Origin: Oscillospiraceae bacterium
GTDB taxonomy: Bacteria > Bacillota > Clostridia > Oscillospirales > Ruminococcaceae
DNA: 60,480 nucleotides
Direction of reading: 5' to 3'
Assembly: GCA_045636625.1 (NCBI GenBank)
Contig: JAZTXW010000048.1
Span: 1 to 60,480 of the forward strand
Both the position numbers and the translations under genes were made by a program. Positions 53,896 to 60,480 of this stretch are shown in pieces (positions within the stretch are counted from its first letter, which is position 1; each line of letters opens with the position of its first letter). The notes under the pieces are model-generated. The model ran no database searches and had not been told where the DNA came from. It saw only the letters and a program-made list of their open reading frames with translations.

Positions 53896-54078
53896 ATGAA
53901 CAGAACAGTTTCCGCCGTTATGAGCGGCGCGGCTGCGGCCGCGGCTATCGGAACCGCGGTTTATATGATGAACAATCACAGCCGCGGCACCAACGTCCGC
54001 AAAATGCGCAAAAGCGCCGCAAAAACCGTTAAAGCCGTCGGCAGTATCGCCAACGGAATTTCGAGCATAATGCGTTAA
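53896..54078 (+). CDS. Small hypothetical protein (60 aa, one hydrophobic helix, basic tail)
   Basis: ATG 6 nt after GGAGGG. MNRTVSAVMSGAAAAAAIGTAVYMM... Confidence 0.5.
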   Translation: MNRTVSAVMSGAAAAAAIGTAVYMMNNHSRGTNVRKMRKSAAKTVKAVGSIANGISSIMR

Positions 54079-54659
54079 TTCAGCTCGTCAATTGTAAGTC
54101 CGTAGCTTGGAAGGAATTCTTCAATAAAAGTATCCGCTTCCGGAAGTTTCATTTCTTTTATGGATTCCAGAATGCTGATTTTTGCTTTTGAAAATTCCCG
54201 GTTTCCGGAATTTTCCTCCTCAACACATTTTACAAGAGCGGAAATTTTATCTGCCGCTTTAAGCAGTTTCAAAAGTTCCGGGTCTTCGTCCGAATGGTCA
54301 AAAAACGGTTTATAATCCGGGCGAAGATCTTCCGGAAGCATTTCAATAAGTTTTTTGTTGGCAACCGCCTCAACTTCTTTATATGCTTCCTTTATTTCCG
54401 GATTATAATATTTTATCGGGGTCGGCATATCTCCGGTTAAAATCTCGCTGCAATCGTGATATAACGCAAGCATAACAAGGCGTTCAACGTTGCAGTTTCC
54501 GCCGAAGCGGCGGTTTCGGAGAAGACCGAGGGAATGGACTATTACCGCAGTATCAAGCGTATGTACAGAAAGAGATTCCTGCTGGCTGTTTTTCATAAGC
54601 GACCAGCGGAAAATATGTTTCATTCTTGAAATATATGCATAAAATCTGCTTTCCTTCAT
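54075..54659 (-). CDS. HD-domain 5'-deoxynucleotidase, YfbR-like
   Basis: Start MKESRF after GGAGGAAAG. RWSLM..ESLSVHTLDTAVI and LYHDCSEILTGD HD motifs. Confidence 0.8.
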   Translation of the reverse strand: MKESRFYAYISRMKHIFRWSLMKNSQQESLSVHTLDTAVIVHSLGLLRNRRFGGNCNVERLVMLALYHDCSEILTGDMPTPIKYYNPEIKEAYKEVEAVANKKLIEMLPEDLRPDYKPFFDHSDEDPELLKLLKAADKISALVKCVEEENSGNREFSKAKISILESIKEMKLPEADTFIEEFLPSYGLTIDELN

Positions 54660-54952
54660 TTTTTCTTTCCTCCGATGCAACAAAACTTAATTTTTTCGGC
54701 ACTTATATTATGGAACTTCGGTTCCGTAAATTTAAAAATGACCCGCGGGACAACCACCAAAGGGAACATATGTAAATTATATTATAAAACTTTCCTCGGA
54801 AAAAATACAGCCTTTTTTTAATGTTCCTTTGTCTTTGCGGGTTATTTTTTATTTACCCCTTTAAAAATAATGTAAAAAGTTATATACTATATATTGGAAT
54901 TTTATATCCGTATCTTTCGGAAATATCATAAAAAATATTCGAGGAATTTAAA

Positions 54953-57463
54953 ATGATAAAAGATTTTAACCATACAAACAGGAATATGCATTGGTGGCTG
55001 ATACTTTTTGCCGCTCTTTGCGGAATAGTGACGGTCGGACTTATCGTTTACCGGAACGGCGGAATTTTTACATATTACGGCGATTACAACTGCCAGCAAA
55101 TTGCGTTTTATATGCATACCCATGAACTTGTTACAAGCGGACAGATCGGTTGGGACTGGAACACGGATCTCGGAGTCAATTTCATCGGTTCCTATTCCTT
55201 CTATCTTCTTTTCAGCCCGTTTTTCTGGCTTACCCTTCCGTTCGATACTGCCGCTGTTCCATATCTCATGGCTCCGCTTTTCGTTCTTAAATTCATGACC
55301 TGCGCGATCACCGCATATTTTTATCTTTCGCGTTTTGTAAAAGACAGACGCTTTGCTCTCATCGGCGGTCTTCTTTATGCTTTCAGCGGATACTGCGTTT
55401 ACAACGTATTCTTCAACCATTTTCTTGACGTTGTGGCGTTTTTCCCTCTTATTTTAATTGGGCTTGAGATGCTTATAACCGAGGACAAACACGGACCTTT
55501 CGCAATTGCGGTTGCGCTCAACGCCGTTGTGAACTATTGGTTCTTCATAGGCGAAGTTGTTTTCACCGTTCTTTATTTCTTCATCAGAATCACCGACAAA
55601 AACATCAGCAGACGCTTCCGCAGTTTTCTCTTTGTTGCGGTGGAATCCGTTATCGGGCTTGCGGTTTCCGCGGTTGTTGTTCTTCCTTCTGTTCTTGCAA
55701 TACTTGATAACCCAAGAACCGGTGCGGACAACTTTATAAACGGCTGGAATCTTTGGCTTTATTACAGCGAACAGAGAGTTCCCGCAATTATCGCAAGCTT
55801 TTTCTTCCCTCCCGATATGCCCGCAAAACAGAATATGTTTACCGGACAGGGCGCACAATGGGCTTCCATGGGCGGATGGCTCCCGCTTTTCGGAATGAGC
55901 GGCGCAATCGCATATATACGCTGCGTCAAAAACGACTGGATCAAAAAAATGATAATTGCCTGCTGCATTTTTGCTCTTGTTCCTTTTCTCAATTCGCTTT
56001 TTATACTTCTTAACCATTCTTTCTACGCAAGATGGTATTATATGTTCATACTTATGCTTATTCTTGCAACGGCAAAAGCGCTTGAATCCTCCGCCGAAGG
56101 CGAAAACTGCACCATCGATCTGCGAAAAGGCATTATCCCTTCGATTTGCATAATAGTCGGACTTATGATAATCCTTCTTCTTACCCCTGTTCATTATAAC
56201 GACGGAAACTGGGACCTTGGACTTCTCTATAACAACAACTGGTTCTATCTCGGGGCAGGATTTGCGGTTTCCTGCGCGGTCATCACCGTTATTCTCTGGT
56301 TCCTCCGCAACAAAAAATATTATATAAATCTTCTTGTGCTTCTTACCGTGATCATCTGCGGACTTTACGGTTTTGCTTACGTGAACCTCGGATACACTTT
56401 TGCCGGTGACCATGAGGAGATCATTGATGATGCTGTCGGTCTTGCGGAAGAAATGTCCCTTCCCAAAAGCAGAAACACTTTTGTAAGAGCGGATTTTTAC
56501 GAATGTTTTGAAAACATGGGACTTTATTGGAATATTCCCTCCATCCGCTGTTTCCACAGCGTTGTGACCCCTTCAATTATGGAGTTTTATCCGACAGTCA
56601 ACGTTACACGCGACGTTTCAAGCAAACCCGATTTCGCATATTATGAACTTCGTTCCCTTCTTTCTGTAAGATATCTTTACGCGGATGCGGACGAGGCAAC
56701 AGAAACTTCCGAGCTTTGCTATGGTTTTGAATATCTTGAAACCGAAAACGGATACCACATTTATGAAAACAAAAACTATATTCCCATGGGATTCACCTTT
56801 GATGAATACATAACCGAAGAGGAATATTACAATATCCATGAAACCCAGCGTGCGGAGGCTCTTCTTTCCTATCTTGTTCTTGATGAAAGTCAGCAGAAAC
56901 TTTACGGACAGTATCTTGACCACGATTCCACTCCGGACGTCGGACTTTCGTATGAACACTTCCGTGAAACTGTCCGGGAAAGAAAAAGCACCGCCGCATA
57001 CAGCTTTGTCTGTGACCACAAAGGATTCACTTCAAAGATCTTCCTTCCGGAAGGAAACCTTGTTTTCTTCTCCGTACCTTATGAAAAAGGCTGGACGGCT
57101 TATGTAAACGGAAAAGAGACCGTAATCGAAAAAGTTGACATCGGTTTTATGGCCGTTTTTGCGGAACGCGGAAACAACGAAATTGTTTTTGTTTATGAAA
57201 CTCCCGGTCTTAAAGCAGGCGCAGCAATAAGCATTGCCGCAGTCCTCGGACTTGCCGCCTATATGATTTTCTTCCATTTTGAACAAAAGCGCAAAGCGGA
57301 GGATATGACCCTTCTTAACGAATATTTCGGTTCCAAAGACCGTTATATTTCTGAAAACGAACTTTCTCCGGACGAGGACCTTACGATTGTCAGAAACCCG
57401 GAAGACGTTCCGCCATACCGCGAATATAAAGGACCGGAAGAAAAAATTTATCCCGAACTTTAA
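54953..57463 (+). CDS. YfhO-family polytopic membrane glycosyltransferase-like protein
   Basis: 836 aa, about 13 TM helices followed by a large C-terminal extracytoplasmic domain and a final TM helix. N-terminal DYNCQQIAFYMH region is typical of YfhO. Confidence 0.8.
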   Translation: MIKDFNHTNRNMHWWLILFAALCGIVTVGLIVYRNGGIFTYYGDYNCQQIAFYMHTHELVTSGQIGWDWNTDLGVNFIGSYSFYLLFSPFFWLTLPFDTAAVPYLMAPLFVLKFMTCAITAYFYLSRFVKDRRFALIGGLLYAFSGYCVYNVFFNHFLDVVAFFPLILIGLEMLITEDKHGPFAIAVALNAVVNYWFFIGEVVFTVLYFFIRITDKNISRRFRSFLFVAVESVIGLAVSAVVVLPSVLAILDNPRTGADNFINGWNLWLYYSEQRVPAIIASFFFPPDMPAKQNMFTGQGAQWASMGGWLPLFGMSGAIAYIRCVKNDWIKKMIIACCIFALVPFLNSLFILLNHSFYARWYYMFILMLILATAKALESSAEGENCTIDLRKGIIPSICIIVGLMIILLLTPVHYNDGNWDLGLLYNNNWFYLGAGFAVSCAVITVILWFLRNKKYYINLLVLLTVIICGLYGFAYVNLGYTFAGDHEEIIDDAVGLAEEMSLPKSRNTFVRADFYECFENMGLYWNIPSIRCFHSVVTPSIMEFYPTVNVTRDVSSKPDFAYYELRSLLSVRYLYADADEATETSELCYGFEYLETENGYHIYENKNYIPMGFTFDEYITEEEYYNIHETQRAEALLSYLVLDESQQKLYGQYLDHDSTPDVGLSYEHFRETVRERKSTAAYSFVCDHKGFTSKIFLPEGNLVFFSVPYEKGWTAYVNGKETVIEKVDIGFMAVFAERGNNEIVFVYETPGLKAGAAISIAAVLGLAAYMIFFHFEQKRKAEDMTLLNEYFGSKDRYISENELSPDEDLTIVRNPEDVPPYREYKGPEEKIYPEL

Positions 57464-57523
57464 AAACAATGCAACAAAAACGCGATTTTTTCGCACTATT
57501 ATAGTATAAGGAGGTTTGATACC

Positions 57524-58543
57524 ATGAAAAAATCAAGAATTCTGACCCTTATCATTGCAATTGCAGTCATTTTCGGCGGCTGCAGTTCTTCCGATCTCGC
57601 TTATGATTCAAAAAACGAATCCATGAGCACCGGTGATTGGTTTGTTTCTCCCGAAGCACCAATGATGCCGGAAGTTGAAACGGAAGAATTCATCACCGAG
57701 GATGCGCTTCTCGACGGAAATTCCTCTTCCGCAAATCTTTCGGAAAACCAATATTCCGGAAACCGCAAACTTATCCGCACTTTCAACATTGACGTTGAGA
57801 CACTCGATTTTGAAAAATTCATATCCGATATCAAATCCGAAGTTGCTTCTCTTGGCGGATATATTGAAAATTCCAGCGTAAGCGGAAATTCCTATAATTA
57901 TTCTTCAAACCGCAACGCAAATTTCACCTGCCGCATTCCTTCCGGAAAGCTTGATGAATTTGTAAACACCGTCGGCGGACTTGGAAACGTTACTTTTTCT
58001 TATGAAGACACCACCGACGTCACCCTTAATTATGTTGACACCGAAGCAAGAATAAAATCGCTTCAGACCGAATATGACCAGCTTCTTGAACTTCTTGCGG
58101 AAGCGGAAAATATCGACACCATAATCCTTCTTCAGCAAAGGCTTACGGAAGTGCGCTATCAGCTTGAAAGTTACGAAAGTCAGCTTCGCACCTATGACAA
58201 CCTTGTTGATTACAGCACCGTCCATCTCAACGTAAACGAAGTTAAACGCGTTACTTCCACAGAAAAAGAAACTGTCTGGGAAAGAATTTCCGCGGATTTC
58301 GGCGACAACATCTATGATATCTGGATCAATATTCAGGATTTCTTTGTCTGGTTTGTTGCAAGCATTCCTTATTTCATCATCTGGGCAATCATAATTGCGG
58401 TTATCGTTCTCATTATCAGTCGCTGTTTTAAAAACAACCCCAAATGGCAGGAATACAAAGCCGCAAGAAAAGCCAGAAAAGAATATAAAAAAGCTCAGAA
58501 ACTTGCAGAAAAAGCAGAAAACGAAAACACCGAGGAAAAATAA
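57524..58543 (+). CDS. DUF4349-domain lipoprotein
   Basis: Lipobox LIIAIAVIFGGCSS, a coiled-coil central region, two C-terminal TM helices and a K/E-rich tail. Confidence 0.7.
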   Translation: MKKSRILTLIIAIAVIFGGCSSSDLAYDSKNESMSTGDWFVSPEAPMMPEVETEEFITEDALLDGNSSSANLSENQYSGNRKLIRTFNIDVETLDFEKFISDIKSEVASLGGYIENSSVSGNSYNYSSNRNANFTCRIPSGKLDEFVNTVGGLGNVTFSYEDTTDVTLNYVDTEARIKSLQTEYDQLLELLAEAENIDTIILLQQRLTEVRYQLESYESQLRTYDNLVDYSTVHLNVNEVKRVTSTEKETVWERISADFGDNIYDIWINIQDFFVWFVASIPYFIIWAIIIAVIVLIISRCFKNNPKWQEYKAARKARKEYKKAQKLAEKAENENTEEK

Positions 58544-58558
58544 AAAGGCGGTGAAAAA

Positions 58559-58915
58559 ATGAAAAAGATTTTCGCTGTTCTTTTAATTTCAGTTTTTGTG
58601 CTTTGCGCTTGCCAAAGCGGAACAAATGAAGAATGTCCCTGCGTTGGCGCACCTGCAATGCTTTATAACGGAATTCATTATGTCAATCCGTATATTCCAG
58701 TTAAAGAACTTCCTGAAGGTTATGAATATTCCGGAATCGTTTCCGAAGAAATGGGGCACAAAACCGGCAACAAGGATATGGCTTTTTATACAAAAGAAGG
58801 TGCCGATGATTTTTATACCTTTCAGATGACCGGAACTTTTATTGGAAACAACACCGTTGACAGCACAAAACAGGCTATGCACTATATCCAATGGGTTCCT
58901 GTGGAGTCGAATTAA
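58559..58915 (+). CDS. Small hypothetical lipoprotein
   Basis: Lipobox LLISVFVLCAC. It shares the module NGIxY..P...ELPEGYxYxG with the putative anti-sigma protein at 20568-21410. Confidence 0.6.
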   Translation: MKKIFAVLLISVFVLCACQSGTNEECPCVGAPAMLYNGIHYVNPYIPVKELPEGYEYSGIVSEEMGHKTGNKDMAFYTKEGADDFYTFQMTGTFIGNNTVDSTKQAMHYIQWVPVESN

Positions 58916-58921
58916 CAAAAC

Positions 58922-58962
58922 AAAAAAGCTCAGTGCTCATTTTGAGCACGGAGCTTTTTATC
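58922..58962. terminator. Bidirectional intrinsic terminator
   Basis: Long hairpin AAAGCTCAGTGCTCA-TTT-TGAGCACGGAGCTTT with A/T runs. Confidence 0.8.
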
Positions 58963-58967
58963 TTATA

Positions 58968-59399
58968 TTATAACTCTTTTCCCATATAAATTACGCCGCG
59001 GCTGCGGTGGAAACCGCGTTTTTTATAAAATTCCTCGTCTTCAAGGTTCGTCATCAGAACCGTTTCCCGGATTCCCATTCCTTTAAGGTTTCTCTCAAAT
59101 TCCGCAAGAAGTTCCGTTCCGATTCCTTTTCCGCGAAGGTCATTTCGAACGCAGAATTCCTTTACGCTGAAAATAACGCCGTCGAAATACTGTTCCTCTT
59201 CACCAAGGATCATTCCGGTTATTCCTTCTTCGTTATAGGAAACCATTCCGAAAAATCCGCCGTTGTTTATCATTTGGGAAAGGCGTTTTTCCGCTGTTTT
59301 CTTGGTCCATTTATCGTACCACGGGTCGGAATTGAAAGTTTCAGCATATATTTCAGCAAGTTCGGATAAATCTTCGATCGTGATTTTTCTGTAATCCAT
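58968..59399 (-). CDS. GNAT-family N-acetyltransferase
   Basis: 143 aa. Acetyl-CoA motif VRNDLRGKGIGTELL. Confidence 0.88.
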   Translation of the reverse strand: MDYRKITIEDLSELAEIYAETFNSDPWYDKWTKKTAEKRLSQMINNGGFFGMVSYNEEGITGMILGEEEQYFDGVIFSVKEFCVRNDLRGKGIGTELLAEFERNLKGMGIRETVLMTNLEDEEFYKKRGFHRSRGVIYMGKEL

Positions 59400-59433
59400 T
59401 ATGTTACCTGTTCCTTATTTTGATGAAAATATT

Positions 59434-59895
59434 TTATCCTATATTTTCTTTGCCGTCAATAGGTCTTTGCCATCCTTCTATATGGGAGGCAACATCCGCG
59501 CCGATTATTTTTTCTTCAAAAACGTAAAGGGTCACAAAAATTTCGTTTTCTCCTTCAACGGGATAGACGTATTTTTTTACCGTTTTCCCGTAATACGGTG
59601 AAAGGTCAAAACCCGATTTTTTCTGCAGCTCGTTATATTCCAGAAGAATTTCGTCCGGTTCTTCCGGAAGGAATTCCTCTTCCACAGACGAAGGCTCCTC
59701 CGCCGTTTTAAAGCCTTTTGAAGCTATATATCTCATTCTCTCCTCGTTATTTGCAACGTGCAGTGAAATGGATTCTGCGGCGTTTCCCGCGTTCTTTTCG
59801 CCAAAGAAAAGGATGATTGCAATTATTGCCGCAAGAATCACGCAGGCTGTTCCTATGACCTTTGTTTTTGTGGTTTTGACGGAAACTGTAAGCAA
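59434..59895 (-). CDS. DUF4830-like membrane-anchored protein
   Basis: Start at the TTG 6 nt after GGAGAT and downstream of the EF-G terminator. TM helix, then RMRYIASKGF..LLEYNELQKKSGFDLSPYYGK. Confidence 0.6.
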   Translation of the reverse strand: MLTVSVKTTKTKVIGTACVILAAIIAIILFFGEKNAGNAAESISLHVANNEERMRYIASKGFKTAEEPSSVEEEFLPEEPDEILLEYNELQKKSGFDLSPYYGKTVKKYVYPVEGENEIFVTLYVFEEKIIGADVASHIEGWQRPIDGKENIG

Positions 59896-59914
59896 AAAAT
59901 CATCTCCAATATAA

Positions 59915-59952
59915 AATAAAAAAAGCCCCGTCAATATTATGACGGGGCTTTT
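59915..59952 (-). terminator. Intrinsic terminator after the EF-G gene
   Basis: Minus strand reads AGCCCCGTC-N8-GACGGGGCT, then TTTTTTT. Confidence 0.85.
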
Positions 59953-59969
59953 ATGATTATTCGAAAAAA

Positions 59970-60480
59970 TTATTCTTTTTCTTCGGTCATCCACTGTTTT
60001 GCTTCTTCGATTACAGCCTGTTTAAGCCCTTCGTCGCGAAGTTCTTCATAGTGGTCGAATGTAAAGGTGAAGGAACCTCTGCCCTGGGTGGAAGAACGGA
60101 GAGAAGTGGTGAAGTCGTGCATTTCGCTCATAGGAACTTCTGCTTCAACTTCGGAATAGCCGTCTTCGCCTTCAACAGGGTTCATACCGAGAACACGGCC
60201 GCGGCGTTTGTTAACGTCGCCGATGATATCACCGGTGTGATCATCCGGAACGATAACTTTAAGGGAGCCGATAGGTTCAAGGATTGCGGGGCCTGCCTGG
60301 GGAATACCTGCTTTGTAAGCAAGTCTTGCAGCCATCTGGAAGGACATATCGTTGGAGTCAACAGGATGGTAAGAACCATCAACAAGTCTGCCGAGAACGC
60401 CAACCATGGGATAGCCTGCGAGCATACCGACTTTGCAAGCTTCGCGAAGACCTTTTTCAACTGCGGGGAAGAAGTTTCTC
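59970..60480 (-). CDS. Elongation factor G family GTPase, C-terminal part (the gene continues beyond the window end)
   Basis: The frame is open to the window edge. Domain IV/V sequences GSYHPVDSNDMSFQMAA, ILEPI..VIVPDDHTGDIIGDVNKRRG and GRGSFTFTFDHYEE. Confidence 0.85.
   Translation of the reverse strand, partial: RNFFPAVEKGLREACKVGMLAGYPMVGVLGRLVDGSYHPVDSNDMSFQMAARLAYKAGIPQAGPAILEPIGSLKVIVPDDHTGDIIGDVNKRRGRVLGMNPVEGEDGYSEVEAEVPMSEMHDFTTSLRSSTQGRGSFTFTFDHYEELRDEGLKQAVIEEAKQWMTEEKE

Noticed and set aside
1-60480. A search of the whole window for CRISPR arrays, IS elements or transposases, integrases, prophage genes, toxin-antitoxin pairs and known defence systems
   Set aside because: I saw no regularly spaced direct repeats and no recombinase, transposase or phage structural motifs in any of the ORF translations. 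The only repeated non-coding sequence noticed is the duplicated hairpin flanking the tRNA-Pro cassette, which is reported as a finding.

Overview
This 60.5-kb chromosomal window looks like a mid-GC, spore-forming Firmicute of the class Clostridia. Support for that: a T-box leader, a GerA-family gene, cdaA-cdaR, thyX, and a codon usage that almost excludes TTA/CTA/TCA. I call 60 protein-coding genes, about 80% of them on the minus strand. I also call tRNA-Ser(GGA), tRNA-Pro(CGG), one cobalamin riboswitch, one T-box leader, four near-consensus sigma-A promoters, a tandem MarR-type operator and about 20 intrinsic terminators. I saw no rRNA, CRISPR array, transposase, integrase or phage genes. The content is mostly housekeeping and cell-envelope functions: c-di-AMP synthesis, MltG, VanW/VanY/VanZ-family proteins, YfhO, MBOAT+DHHW, DltA/DltC-like genes, TrkAH, MscL, two heterodimeric ABC exporter pairs, RNA-modification enzymes and PepF. 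I did not find a clear, self-contained novel multi-gene system such as a defence island or biosynthetic cluster. The candidates most worth follow-up are: (1) a translationally coupled vanW / dltA-like / dltC-like operon with no dltB or dltD next to it, while an MBOAT+DHHW pair lies 28 kb away; (2) a cobalamin riboswitch with its own consensus promoter and two tandem terminators, placed in front of a stand-alone MarA/SoxS-like AraC regulator; (3) an uncalled 48-aa Cys/Gly/Asn-rich membrane peptide; (4) a low-GC single-gene cassette next to tRNA-Pro, flanked by near-identical hairpins; (5) YdjG/YdjH-like and YdjI-like (PspA-associated) genes at separate loci. All product calls come from reading motifs in the supplied translations. 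No database search was run.
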